From positions 736,001 through 800,000 of the forward strand of contig CAVSGO010000005.1 of the NCBI GenBank assembly GCA_963727525.1: a DNA stretch of 64,000 nt. Reading direction: 5' to 3'. The DNA is from an uncultured bacterium. Its GTDB lineage: Bacteria > Krumholzibacteriota > Krumholzibacteriia > LZORAL124-64-63. The notes below the pieces were generated by a model. That model saw nothing but the letters and a program-made list of their open reading frames with translations, did not search any database and was not told the origin of the DNA. A program made the position numbers and the translations under genes. Each line of letters opens with the position of its first letter. The stretch's first letter is position 1. Shown here piece after piece: positions 43,485-57,703 of the stretch.

Positions 43485-44279
43485 TCATCTTCCTATACAA
43501 TTTATTTCAAGTCCATCGTATGCAAGAAAAACATTTTCGGGCAATTCTTTTTCAATATCATCGTGTTTACCAAAACCATGACTCAAATGCGTTAGATATG
43601 CTTTTTCGGGTTTAATTTTCTGAATAACTATCAAGTGCTTCATCAAGATTAAAATGCGAAATGTGCTTTTCCTTGCGCAGGGCATTAATAATTAAAATTC
43701 TGGTGCCTTTTATTTTTTCCATTTCTTCAGGCGGAATAAAATTGGTATCGGTAATATAAGTCAAATCTCCCACCCTGAAACCATAAACCGGTAATTTATG
43801 GTGAAAGCAGCGGATGGGTATAAATGTTAATACCATCAATTTTAAAAGGCCGTCTATTTACCATGTGAAGTTTCATTTTAGGAATTCCCGGGTATTTATA
43901 ATCAGTAAAAACATAACTAGAAAATACGTTTTATGGCTTCCTGCACACGCTCTTCGGCATAAATATCAAGTGGATGTTTTTGAACCAGTTAAACGAGCGA
44001 ATATCATCCAGGCCAAAAATATGATCTACATGTTCGTGTGTAATCAGAACAGCCCGCAGCGTATTTAAACTTTTCGCGCAACATTTGCTGTCTGAAATCG
44101 GGGCCGGCATCAATAACAAAATTTTACTCTTAATTTGCAGCAACAATGATGATCGTAATCGTTTATCTTTTGCATCTGCGACCGGCAAACTTCGCAATTG
44201 CAGGCAATTACCGGCACACCCTGTGAAGTTCCGGTTCCAAGCAATGTTGCTTCAATTGTATAATTTTCCGGTCTGTCAT
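43485..44279 (-). CDS. MBL-fold metallo-hydrolase (PhnP-like), frameshifted
   Basis: LGTGTSQGVPVIACNC, THEHVDHIFGLDDIR, YITD, HISHFNL, YLTHLSH, AYDGL. Confidence 0.88.
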
Positions 44280-44345
44280 ATCGCAAATTTAACAAAAGCT
44301 GTTGTGTTACCGACGAATATCTCTATTTTTGCAAAAACTTTTCAA

Positions 44346-45047
44346 ATGGCAAAATTATTTCTTGTTCCCAATGTTTTAGCGAAGGCGACTGGCAAAATGT
44401 TTTGCCGGCCAGATTTTCAAATTCTTTCATACAAAATATTTTATTGTTGAAAATATACGAACTGCCCGCCGGTTTCTGAAACAGGTAAACAAGGAAATTG
44501 ATATCGACAGCCTAACTTTTTTCGAACTGAACAAATACACCCGAAAAAGCTGATTTACCCGGATTTTTAAAACCCGTTGAAACGGGATTGGATGTTGCGG
44601 TAATTTCGGAAGCAGGTTGTCCGGGCGTTGCAGATCCGGGTGCGGATATTGTAAAAATTGCACATCAAAAAAAAATAAAAGTTGTTCCGCTGGTAGGGCC
44701 TTCTTCAATTTTACTGGCACTAATGGCATCGGGGTTGAACGGCCAGAATTTTACATTTAATGGTTATTTGCCTGTAAAACCCGATGAACGCATCGCGAGC
44801 TATTGCAACGTTGGAAAAAAAGGTGCAAACACAACAAGCAAACACAAATTTTTATTGAAACTCCTTACCGCAACAACCAGATGATGAATGATTTGCTGAA
44901 AACATGCTCCCCTTCTACCCTGCTTTGTATTGCGGCCAATATTACTGGCGAAAATGAATTTATTGCCACCAAAACCATTCAGCAATGGAAAAAGGAAGTA
45001 TTCCGGATTTGCATAAAATTCCTGCGATTTTTTTAATGGGAATGTAA
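44346..45047 (+). CDS. RsmI-like tetrapyrrole-type SAM methyltransferase, frameshifted
   Basis: ENIRTARRFL, ISEAGCPGVADPG, PLVGPSSILLALMASG, IFIETPYRN. Confidence 0.85.
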
Positions 45048-45080
45048 TTGATAATTCAAACGAATGCCCGTGCTTCGTTA

Positions 45081-46133
45081 TCAGTAACATGAAAATTCAT
45101 ATTCAAAATTTGGTGTAAAAACCTCCTGTCCCGATTTGTTTTTCAATCTGATTTTTGGTCCAGAAACGCGCTTCCTCCACTTCGTCGGAATGAACCTGAA
45201 TAGTTTTTATAATCGAAGGTGGTAAACAGATAAACCAGTTCGGTTTCCACATCTGATTCCCACTTATAAACTTTTTGCAGTTTTGCGGAAAAATCTTTCA
45301 GTCCGATTTCTTCAAATGCTTCTTTTTAAGGGCTTTTTCCAGTGTTTCTCCTGCGCTGAATATGGCCGCCAACTGCAGTATCCCATTTACCGGGTTGAAT
45401 GAGTTTTGATGCGGCCGTTTTTGCAATAAAATGGCTTTATTGCTGGTTGATTACATGCATGTGAACCACCGGATGCAAAAATTTGCTTCCGTTGTGTACC
45501 TGGCTGCGGGGCGCCTGTCCGGTAATTTTTCCTTTTTCATCAACCAGCGGAACCCACTCTTCGCTTGGCAAGTTTTTTTTGTTTTTTCTTTTGATTTAGA
45601 AATTCGAATAAAAAATAAACGCCAAAAAAAACATAAAACAATCCGCCACTGATAAATGCCCATGCTTCTTTACTCATGTAAAAAGTAGCATAAAAAACCA
45701 GAAGTGTGTGCGCAGAAAACATATAAAAAAGAATTTTCAGGCTTCTTCGCATTTGCGTCACCTGTGCTTCGTTAAACGTTACCCCTTTCAGATAGCGCTG
45801 CCCCATCAGTCCGACAATATTTACCTGCGAAAAAGCAGAAACACCAAGCACTGCAACAAAAATCAGCTCAATTAATCCGGGTTTTAGTTTAAAAAAGATA
45901 TCGTTGTTCAGCAGAATGGAAACTGCGCCCAAAATTACCAGCAACAGTGTATCGAAAAGAATAAATTTATCGAACCGTTTTTCCCTGAAACCAACCCAGG
46001 CCATTTCAGCAATTCCAACACCAATGGCAACAAACAGCCCGGTTTTAGTCCCCCAAATTTCATCGGCAGCAATGAAAACAAAAAGCGGAATAAAACCGGG
46101 CAGTAATTTTTTCAGGAGTTCGGTCTTGTTCAT
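45081..46133 (-). CDS. IspZ/YciB-like membrane domain fused to a NUDIX hydrolase (frameshifted)
   Basis: TM domain (PGFIPLFVF, FFKLKP) then, after a shift, EEWVPLVDEKG, LHPVVH, PGKWDTAVGGH, GETLEKALKKEAFEEIG (Nudix box). Confidence 0.7.
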
Positions 46134-46152
46134 TCAAATTCCGGAAAAATAA

Positions 46153-46693
46153 TTAAAATCGGATTATTGGGTTTGGTGCGGGATAAACCTTATACACCTC
46201 CACTTCCATCAAAAGTGTTGTAAATCCGGGAACTCCACTACCAATGAGTCCATTTTGTCCGTAATGCCAGTTCTGAAGGTAAAATCAGCAATGCTTTTGA
46301 ATCTTTTTTCATATACGTTAAGCTTCGTTCAGGCCTTTGAAATTGCGTTACTGATGTTGCAGAAGAACTTAACTGTGATGCCGGCTGAACGTCAATTTGA
46401 AGGGGCTCATAAGAACCACTTCCATCAATGTAAACACTGTCAAGTGTCCAGATATCATAAAAAATCTGCACCCTGTCGCCCACATTTTGATGGAATCGCC
46501 GATGCCTTCTTGTTGTTCAATATAAAATAAACCCGACCGTTTGGGTTCCAGTTAGGATAATTATTCGACAATATAGGTATCCAGTTTTTCCAGCTCCCGC
46601 TGCCGGCGTTTTCCCAAATTGTCTTCCTTGCAGGAAAAAAATGCAGCCACCAGCAACAGTCGAAACCAATCCGTTAAAAAATTTTAGTTTCAT
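46153..46693 (-). CDS. FKBP-type peptidyl-prolyl isomerase (frameshifted)
   Basis: GDSIKMGDRVQIFY, ALTYMKKDSKALLILPSELA, VPGFTTLLMEVEV. Confidence 0.7.
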
Positions 46694-46710
46694 TAATTTG
46701 ATTTTAATTT

Positions 46711-47239
46711 TCAAACTTCCGAAGAAGGTTTTATTTCGAACATTTTAACCACAAAAATCAGGGATTGGTTGGGACCGATAATTCCGGAGCCCAGCTGGTC
46801 CGTAACCTAATTCAGAAGGCACAATGAACTGAATTTTTCCTCCTTCGTTTATTTGTTTTATTCCGTCTTCCCAACCCGGAATGGCATTTACAGCGCCTAT
46901 TTCAAATTCCCATTTGCCGTCGGACCAGTGAATTTCAGACGAATCGAACAGATAACCATCCATCAAATAACCGGAATAACCTACTACTACGGTGTCACCC
47001 TGCTTTAGGATATTCACCTTCACCTTCTTCAATTACAACATAATAAACTCCCAAATCGGTAGTATCCACATCGTAATCTTTAGCTTCCAGACTATCGATA
47101 TAAGCACTGAGTAATATTCATTTCTTCCGCTTTGGTCTGTATCCGTTCGGGTTCCGGATCTATCCATATCAACACACGATGAAATCAGCACTGCAACAAA
47201 CACTGCAAATCCCAAATTCATTAAAAATTTCATTTTCAT
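46711..47239 (-). CDS. FKBP-type peptidyl-prolyl isomerase lipoprotein (frameshifted)
   Basis: ISS-C lipobox, GDTVVVGYSGYLMDGYLFDSS, IPGWEDGI, IVPSELGYG. Confidence 0.85.
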
Positions 47240-47248
47240 ATTTCTTCT

Positions 47249-48286
47249 TTAAATTATTGTTTCCAATAACTGATGCTTATACTCCTGTAAAAGTTGCTTG
47301 AACTTTTCAATTGTTTCATTTAAATTTTGTTTTGACTCGCCGCCCGCAGCATTCAAATGCCCGCCGCCATCAAAATGTTCGCGCGAAAATTTATTTGCAG
47401 GAAAATTTCCTTTCGACCGGAATGAGGCTTTAACAAAATCTTCTTTTTCAATAAACAACGCAGAAAAAACAATATTATTGATGGATAGCGGATAATTTAC
47501 AAATCCTTCGGTATCGCCGGTTTTATATTCGAATTCTTCCAGTTCTTTTTTGGTAATGGAAATAACTGCTGAACGTAATTCAGGAAAAACTTCCATTTTT
47601 TTATCCAGACAATGTCCCAGTAACCTCATTCTGTTGGCCGAAAAATTATGATAAACATTCGACTGAATTTTTTCGGCGTTCAATTCCCAAAGCCATCAGT
47701 TCGGCAATTACCCTGAAAGTATTCGGATTGGAAATATTGTGGCTGAACGAGCCGGTGTCGGTCATAATTCCGGTGTACAAAGCTTCTGCAGAATTTTTGT
47801 TAATATGTTTTTTCAACCCGATTTCGCTGATAACCACATAAATCAATTCAGCGGTTGAACTGTATTCCGGTTCCGAAATCAGAATATCGCGGAAAATCGG
47901 AAGGATGCGGATGATGATCGATTAAAACATTTGGCCGGTCAAAATTCAGAATATGTTTTTCCAGATTCCCTGCCCGTTTTGCATCATTAAAATCGAGACA
48001 AAACAACATCGCAGCTTCTTCAAAGGCTTCTTTGGCCTTCTTTTTTTCTTTGCGTAAATCATAATTTCAATTTCCGAAGAAAACCATTTAAGAAATTCAG
48101 GATAATTGTTCGGGGAAATAATTGATACATTATGTCCGCTGATTTTGAAGCACTTCGGCCAAGCCAATAGCTGAACCAATAGCATCGCCATCCGGATTTT
48201 CATGTGTTACCAAAACAATCTGCTCTTCTTTGTCTTGCAAGAAGTTGTTTCAGTTTTATAAGAATCTCATTTCCAGTATTTTTCAA
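47249..48286 (-). CDS. nrnA: DHH/DHHA1 oligoribonuclease / PAP phosphatase (frameshifted)
   Basis: THENPDGDAIGS, IDHH, LYTGIMTDTGSF, ASFRS, GGGHLNAAG. Confidence 0.85.
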
Positions 48287-48400
48287 ATCAGTTATTTATT
48301 TGAACTGACAAAGATAAGAATTCTGGTATGCGTGCAAAGGCTATTTTAGTCAATTTTTTATAATATTGCGAATTCATTACAAATTTTAAAAATTGAGAAA

Positions 48401-48820
48401 ATGGCAGGAAAACTGACCTTCACAATGATTAAGCCAACGGCTTTTAAAAACAATTATGCCGGGGCAATTTTAAAAATGATAAACGAAGCAGGTTTTGTAA
48501 TTAAAGCAATGAAATTAACCCGGTTAACGCCCGAACAGGCCGGAGATTTTTATGAAGTTCATAAAGGAAAGCCATTTTACGAATCGCTGGTTGAATTTAT
48601 GAGTTCGGGCCCCATTATTGCAGCTATTCTTGAAAAAGAAAATGCAGTGGAAGATTACCGGACATTAATTGGTGCCACCAATCCGGAAAATGCTGCAGAA
48701 GGAACAATCAGGAAATTGTATGCAACCAGTTTGCAGCAAAATGCAGTTCATGGTTCCGACAGTGATGAAAATGCAATAATTGAAGCTGATTTTTTCTTTT
48801 CGAAAACGGAACGGTTCTAA
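48401..48820 (+). CDS. ndk: Nucleoside diphosphate kinase
   Basis: TFTMIKP, FMSSGP, IGATNP, NAVHGSD. Confidence 0.96.
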   Translation: MAGKLTFTMIKPTAFKNNYAGAILKMINEAGFVIKAMKLTRLTPEQAGDFYEVHKGKPFYESLVEFMSSGPIIAAILEKENAVEDYRTLIGATNPENAAEGTIRKLYATSLQQNAVHGSDSDENAIIEADFFFSKTERF

Positions 48821-48870
48821 GATATGATAAGAAGATTTGGAAAGGTTGTCTATAATATATCCGGCAACTT

Positions 48871-49163
48871 TTATTTAAATACAATTTTATAGACTAATTC
48901 TTCACCGGCATTTTCGTTGAGTTTGCTACGAATTTCTTCACGCATCATTAAAATTCATTTTTTACCACTGACGAACTGATTTCCACATATAAAATCCCGT
49001 TTGAAATAAATAATTTTCCGTGTATAACGTGCAATGGTTTTCCCTAAATGTTCTTCCCAGGATTGAACAATGCTCTACCTCTTTTAATTTACGCTCCAAT
49101 CTTCATTTCGCGAATATAATCTTGCAAAGCTTCTCCTAACGTTTGTGTATTACTTCTTTTCAT
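48871..49163 (-). CDS. DUF721 / DciA-like protein (frameshifted)
   Basis: MKRSNTQTLGEAL, WEEHLGKTIARYT, LYVEISSSVVK; directly downstream of recF. Confidence 0.75.
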
Positions 49164-49176
49164 TCTTGATCTCTTC

Positions 49177-50273
49177 TCAACATTTCCTGAATCCACCATG
49201 AAAGATACGAAAATCGGCATTCATTTTTTTTATTATTGCGTCAAGATGTTCGCGGTTAGTATCGGTAATAAATATCTGTCCGAATTTTTCGCCTGAAACT
49301 ACTTTAATTATTTGTTCCACCCGCAGGCTGTCGAGTTTATCGAAAATATCGTCGAGCAGCAAAATCGGTTTCATTCCCGAAATTTCTTTAATAAAATCAA
49401 ACTGTGCCAGTTTCAATGCTGCCAGGTAGGTTTTTTTTTGCCCCTGCGAACCAGTTTTTTAATTGGATAACCGTCGATGGTAAAAACCAGTTCATCTTTA
49501 TGAATTCCGGCTAGTTGTATATTGAACAGCCCGATCCTTTGGACTGCGATTCCTTTAAAAGCTTTTCAAAATCATTTTCGTGTAAATCCGATTGATGAGT
49601 CAGTCCTACCACTTCGTTTCCCTGCGAAACAAATGAATAATATTATTGAAAAACAGGAATTAGTTTTTCCACAAATATTCAACCGTTCTTCATGAATTCT
49701 GTTTCCCGGTTCAACCAATTGCTCATCCCAGATAGCAAACAATTCAGAATCAAAATAACGTTCGGAGGCAAATTGTTTCAGCAAATTATTTCGTTGCAAA
49801 AGTGCGCGGTTGTATTTCAACAAATCTTCAAGGTAACTTTGATTGTATTGCGAAATTACACCATCCATAAATTTTCGGCGTTCGTCACTGCCTCCCAAAA
49901 TCAGATTAACATCCGAAGGTGTAATCATTACCAATGGCAGCAACCCGATATGTTCACCAGTTTTTTATAAACTTTCGAATTTCGTTTTAAATTGTTTTTT
50001 TTGCCCTTTCTGAAAGCCGCATAAATTATTTCTTTGGAATCGAGCCGCTTGTAATTTCCATTCAGCATAAAATAATTTTCATCGTGGTTGATATTCAGCT
50101 GATCGACCGGATTAGAAAAACTTTTGCAAAACGAAAGATAATAAATGGCATCGAGCAGGTTGGTTTTTCCGGCGCCGTTATTCCCAATAAAACAATTTAA
50201 CCGGTGCGAAAAATCCAACCTTTACATCTTTCAGGTTTTTAAAATTAACAATTGAAATTTCTTCAATATACAT
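49177..50273 (-). CDS. recF: DNA replication/repair protein RecF (frameshifted)
   Basis: IVNFKN, GNNGAGKTNLLDAIYYLS, ERRKFMD, LLLDDIFDKLD, QIFITDT. Confidence 0.92.
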
Positions 50274-50453
50274 ATATAAAATTTCTGCAAGTTTGCTACA
50301 AAACTAATTAAAAAACACGGGGAGATGAACTCCAGAAATCAATTTCATTTTAATAACACGAAGATGTTGATTAATATTCAAATTTATACGTTTATATTCC
50401 ACACAGTTTTGAAAAAAAAGCTATTTTTGCGGCACAATTTTGAAAATGAAGAC

Positions 50454-51143
50454 ATGGCAAAGAAAAAAGCTCAGCAAGAAGATAATTTGCAGGAACTTGA
50501 AAGTGCTTTAACAAAAACGGAACATTTTATTGAAGACAACCAGAAAATTATAACCTATGTAGTTGGTGCAATTATACTGGTTGTAGTTATTTATCTAGGG
50601 TTTACCAAATTTTATCTTCAACCCAAGGAAGAAGAGGCGCAATCGCAAATGTTTATGGCCGAGAATTATTTTGAAAAAGATTCATTTAACCTGGCAATCA
50701 ACGGCGATGGCAACTATCTCGGATTTCTTGATATTATTGATGATTATGGAATTACCGAGTCGGCAAACCTTGCAAAATATTATACCGGAATATCTTATCT
50801 TCACCTTGGACAGTATGAAGAAGCACTGGATTATTTGAATAGATTTTAAAACTGATGATTTATTGCTTGAACCAATTACTGAAGGAGCAAAAGGCGATGC
50901 ATACCTTGAACTTGGAGAAAAAGAAAAAGCACTGAAGCAATATAAAAAGGCATATTCGTTAGATCGACAATGAATTAACCACTCCGATTTATATGATGAA
51001 AGCAGCCAATCTGCTTGAATCGATGGACAGAGTTGGAAGATGCACTGGCAGTTTATCAGAAAATAAAAGAAGAATATCCGGAATCAGCGGAAGGACGAAA
51101 TGTTGAACGATACATAGCACGGGTAAAAATAAAATTGGGATAA
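50454..51143 (+). CDS. Membrane-anchored TPR protein (YfgM-like), frameshifted
   Basis: MAKKK...TM segment...ANLAKYYTGISYL, GAKGDAYLELG; lies between recF and ribH. Confidence 0.8.
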
Positions 51144-51197
51144 ACTCAAATTATAAATCAAACCCCTCCCTTGCGAGGGGTTTTTTATTTATAAAAT

Positions 51198-51685
51198 ATG
51201 GCAACAAAAGATCTTTCTCATTACGATATACATTCTGTTCCTTCGGCAGAAAACATGCGATTTGGCGTTGTTGTGGCTGAATGGAATTTTGAAATAACAT
51301 CTGCATTGGCCGAAGGAGCATTAAGCACTTTAAAAAAACATGGTGCAACTGAAGAAAACATTCTGGTGAAATATGTTCCCGGAACATTTGAATTACCGCT
51401 TGGGCGGACAGTATTTTGCAGAAATGGAAAATGTGGATGCTGTGATTCTTCTGGGTTGTGTAATTCAGGGAGAAACCCGCCATTTCGATTACATTTGTGA
51501 AGGTGTTACCAAAGGTACAGTTGAATTAAACCTAAAGTACAACAAGCCTTTTATTTTTGGTGTTTTAACCACCGATAATGAACAACAGGCGAAAGACCGG
51601 GCAGGTGGAAAACATCGGCAACAAAGGCGATGAAGCGGCAGTTACTGCAATAAAAATGGTTCACTTGAAAAATTCATTCTTATAA
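51198..51685 (+). CDS. ribH: 6,7-dimethyl-8-ribityllumazine synthase (frameshifted)
   Basis: [33 protein letters not shown]. Confidence 0.93.
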
Positions 51686-51743
51686 AAAAAAGGGTTTACA
51701 ATAATTTGCAAACCCCCTAAACTAATCTAACTATTAAACAATA

Positions 51744-52130
51744 CTACATCCCTCCAGATCCTCCGCCTTGTCTTCTTCTTTCTCTTCGTTCCTCCTGATA
51801 TTTTTCGTATTTTACCCACTGATCATCTGTAAGAATAGCCTTCATTTTTTTATTCTGTCCTTCGCGTATTTTAGTCATGTCTTCGCGCATGGCTTCCCAG
51901 CCACCACCCTGGTTTTTTTCGCGCAAAGCTCTCATTTCCTTACTTGTTTCAAGGTTCAGGTCATAAACTTTTTTCTCCTGGTCCTGATTTAAATCAAGCG
52001 CTTCTTTAAGCTGCGCTGTCTGGCGTTTCGCCATTTCTTCCGGATCAAAATTTCTTTGTCCACCGGGTTGAGCCATAATTGCTGTTGTTCCCAGTATTAG
52101 TGCGGCCAACAATAATCCAATTCTTTTCAT
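51744..52130 (-). CDS. Periplasmic helical protein (DUF4890 / Spy-like)
   Basis: Signal peptide, PEEMAKRQT, LDLNQDQ, ILTDDQW (LTxxQ motifs). Confidence 0.7.
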   Translation of the reverse strand: MKRIGLLLAALILGTTAIMAQPGGQRNFDPEEMAKRQTAQLKEALDLNQDQEKKVYDLNLETSKEMRALREKNQGGGWEAMREDMTKIREGQNKKMKAILTDDQWVKYEKYQEERRERRRQGGGSGGM

Positions 52131-52499
52131 AATTAAAATTTTAAATGTTTTTACTTCAAAGCCACTAAAACAGACATTCGACAATAAAAAACATAAAACG
52201 TTTAACGGGATATTTGAAAAAGAAGAATTTAATTCAGGCCAACGTTCATATTCATTCCAGGAATATCAACAGTGTTCCAATAACCTGAAGCTTAATTTTT
52301 TTTGAATATGTAGTAAATTCCTATTTGAAAATTTCGCTCCCACTGCACAGATGCCGGTAAAAACGAAATCATAAAAAGTATGAAATTCCAGCAGTTCTTA
52401 AATGAATCCAATTTTAGAAAAACAGGTATTTTGTACTTAAGTTTATTCACTAAAAAAATGCCGGCATAAAACCGGCATTCTCATTATTATTTTTCAAAT

Positions 52500-54422
52500 T
52501 TATTTTTTTGGTAATTGCACTCCCCGTTGTTTGGCCATGTCTTCCAAACGTTTCTGAAACTTCGATTTTTTAACGGTCTTCTTCTTATTCACCTGCAGTT
52601 GTGCTCTTATCTTATCTTCATCAATAAAAGAACGAATTAAATAGGTTTGACCAATGGTAATAACATTGGCAAGAAAATAATAATAACTCAATCCTGCAGA
52701 GTAATTATTCAGAATAAAAAGAAACATAATCGGCATCAGGTACATCATGGTTTTCATTCCCGGCATTCCCTGACTTGAGTTGCCTGCTGGTTCATTTTGG
52801 TTGAAATAATGGTGGTAACAGTCATTAAAAGAACAAACAAACTAACATGGTTGCCATAAAATGGTATACTAAAAGGAAGATTCAAAATAGAATCGTAAGT
52901 GGATAAATCGTGTGCCCATAAAAAGCTTTCCTGCCTCAGTTCAATCGAAGTTGGAAAGAAAAAGAACATGGCAATTAAAATCGGAAACTGCAACACCATG
53001 GGCAAACATCCTCCCATTGGATTTACTCCGGCTTTTTTATACAATGCCATGGTTGCCTGCTGTTTTTCCATGGCTTTGTCTTTCCCGAATTTACTGTTCA
53101 ATTCATCAATTTCAGGTTTCAATGCGCGCATTTTTGCCTGAGACATATATGATTTGTAGGTAAATGGAAACAAAAGTGTTTTAATAAAAATGGTAAGCAA
53201 CAAAATAATTATTCCAAAATTATTGATGTATCTTGCGAAGGAAATTAAATACCGGAATAATCAGATATTTATTACAGGCCGCACAATGGCATATCCCAGA
53301 TAAACCATGCGTTCCAGGTTTAAATCGCTGTATTGTTTCAGTGTTTGATAATGATTTGGTCCAAAATAAAATTGCATTCCAACCTGCTCATTGGCAGTTC
53401 CTTCATAAGGAATAGCAATATCAGCATAAAAATTAGCAAGATATTTCGGGTCATCCTCAAATTTTGTTGAACGAACAAAAGCATTCGGAAAAGATTCGTC
53501 GGCAATAATTGTTGAATTAAAAAACAATTGTTTAAAACCAATCCATTTTACTCTTGTATTCAGATTTTCTTCATCCGATTTATTTTGTGAAAGATTATCC
53601 ACTTCATCTTCGTAAAATTTATAGGTAATGTTGGTATACCGATCTTCACCAAACCTTGAAGGCCTTTCCTGTCGCGGAACATCAAAAGCCCAGTTAAAAT
53701 TCAGATACGATTGGTTGGATGCAATATAATTGTTCATACCCTGCATATTGAAATCGAAATCAACCATGATAGGAATTATATGGAAGGGTGTAAACATATT
53801 CCAGATATTGTCCCGGCGCCAGTTCCAAGCGGAAATTAATGGATTCTGTGCCTCCCGGATTTTCTTCATTGAATTTAATTTTGCCCTCATTCGCCCGTTT
53901 TACCTGGCGGACCGTTAACTACAATATCTTTTTCTGTGTAGAAGTCTTAAAATAAAGCTGATCGGTTTGAATACTTCTGTTTTGGGAAAAGAAATTAAGG
54001 CCAAATTCAGTATTGTCGCCATCAAAAAGAATGAGCGGAGTGAATCATATGTTTTATAATCTTTTAATTCTACCGAATAAATTCTTCCGCCTTTGTTGGT
54101 AAAAGTTATTTTCATCAAATTATTTTCCAGCGTATAAAATTGTTCTTCGCCAATTGCAGCTTTTCCAAATACACCAAATTGATCTAGTTTTTTGCTGAAC
54201 ATTGTTTGCTTCACGCAGCAGAATCGGCGCTGCTGCATTTCCTTCGTTCTGTCAAATTTTGTTGCTGTTCCTGTTCCAGTTGCGCTGCTTTTTCAGCTTC
54301 AACCTGTGCAATGGAATCGCTGTCTGTGTTTTGCTGCTTCAATTTCTTCCTGCGATGGCCGGTTGATAATTGAAAATACGACCAGTATCGCGAAAATCAT
54401 TACGATTCCAATTATTGAATTT

Positions 54423-54430
<8 letters not shown>
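52500..54430 (-). CDS. yidC: Membrane protein insertase YidC (frameshifted)
   Basis: [52 protein letters not shown]. Confidence 0.93.
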
Positions 54431-56046
<1,616 letters not shown>

Positions 56047-56667
56047 TTCTATATTTTTTAGGTTTTTAAAAGCCACAAAATTAATCATTAAAAGTTATTT
56101 GAAAACTAAACCACAATTAAATTGAATATGGATTGAGATAAAATAACCCCGGATTTGTTTTCCCATAAAATGTAGTTTAACAATAATGAATCCGATTTTC
56201 CTTTAAAAATTATGAATTATCATTATTTATTCAGTATAGTCTTAAAACTGATGTTATACAATCCTGTTACATACAAATTCAACATTAATACAATTGTAAA
56301 TAATACTCATTACAAATGTATATTAATTTGTATTTCAGCAAAATACAAATTAATTCAGGATTGGATAATTTTATATAAAATGCATTGCCAGTTTGCATTT
56401 GGAAATCTGTATTCATGTTTATCATTAATTCTTTCACAAAAAAAATTACTGATTTATACAGGAAAACGATGAATTTCTTTAAAAATCAGGTAGAGAAAAG
56501 ATAAAAAATAGACAAAGCATTTCATAAATAATCTGTATCAGAATAAATGCAAAGAAGCAGCCATAATAACAGCATACATGAAATAAACAGGAGCATAACA
56601 ACATTGAGCAGACAATGGGCTGTCTTCTATCAGAAAGTTTTGGCACGACCTCTTATTAGAGGAGTTC

Positions 56668-56780
56668 CTGAAGCGTTTTCTCCCCTTTCCGGCATTGCCA
56701 TCTCTATACCAACAATACATACGGACGAATTTAATCCGACGATAGTAAAGACCTGGTACAGACTTTATATAGCCTTGATA
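56668..56780. repeat. Degenerate 11-bp-periodic element (copy 2)
   Basis: Shares CTGAAGSGTTTTC, CCGGCATTRCCATCTCTATACCAWCAATA and GAATTTAATCCG with 40381-40510. Confidence 0.6.
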
Positions 56781-56792
56781 TAATGAAGAAAT

Positions 56793-56930
56793 ATTAATTC
56801 CGTATTAACTCCGTATCAAATTCGAATTATACTCGTATCAAATTCGCATTAAATTCGCGAAATCGCGAATTTAATGCGAATTTAGTCCGAATTTAATACG
56901 AAGAAGATTCGAAAATAATACGTATTTGGT
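56793..56930. repeat. Long palindrome of six 11-mers plus six inverted 11-mers
   Basis: ATTAAATTCGY-like x6, then RCGAATTTAAT-like x6; perfect 21-bp arms at 56840-60 and 56863-83. Confidence 0.85.
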
Positions 56931-57126
56931 ATAACGTTGAAGTATAGCTTTAGTAGAGTCTTGGTAATGTAAAATGGAAGGTAGCGATGAACCTGCACAA
57001 AACTGCTTTTGGTGATTAAAACAGAATTCCGTTTTATTCATCCGATAGTGTATTTTAAAAAACAAACGATAATGCAGTTGCCTATATCCACCTGTTCAAT
57101 GGGACTATCGGGCAACTCCTTAAAAC

Positions 57127-57162
57127 AATAAAGCCATTTGTCGATTGATAAATGGCTTTATT
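57127..57162 (-). terminator. Terminator after flavodoxin
   Basis: AATAAAGCCATTT...AAATGGCTTTATT inverted repeat. Confidence 0.65.
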
Positions 57163-57185
57163 TCAGATTAAGAGAAATTGTTTTG

Positions 57186-57691
57186 TTAATGAAATTCATT
57201 TTTCAATTGTTCCACCCATTTTTTTACTCTTTCATTGGTAAGCCGCGCCTGATTTTCCTGGTCAACCGGCAATCCAACAAATTCACCATTGCGTTCGGCT
57301 TTCGATGATTCGTAATTGTATCCTTCAAGGGGAGTATGCCCAACAACTTTACCGCCACAATTTTCAATGATTTCCACTAAAATTCCAATGGCATCACAAA
57401 AGTTTTCAGGATAACCTTTTTGATCTCCCAAACCAAAAACTGCAAAGTTCTTATCTTTTAAATCCATTTCTTCCAAATCAGGAACAAATTCATCCCAGTA
57501 ATTGGGTAATTCACCATCGAACCAGGTTGGAGCACTTAAAATAAAATTATCATATTTTTCGAAAACCTCTATTGAAAGCTCCTCTGCATTAACAGCTTCA
57601 ATTTTTGAGTCATCAAATTCTCAATTATTTTTTCGGCAACTTTTTTTGATTTTTGTGTATTGAAACTATATATGATTGCTGTTTTACTCAT
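57186..57691 (-). CDS. Long-chain flavodoxin (frameshifted)
   Basis: IIYSFNT, PTWFDGELP, VFGLGDQKGYPENFCDAIG, FVGLPVDQENQ. Confidence 0.88.
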
Positions 57692-57703
57692 ATTATACAA
57701 ATT

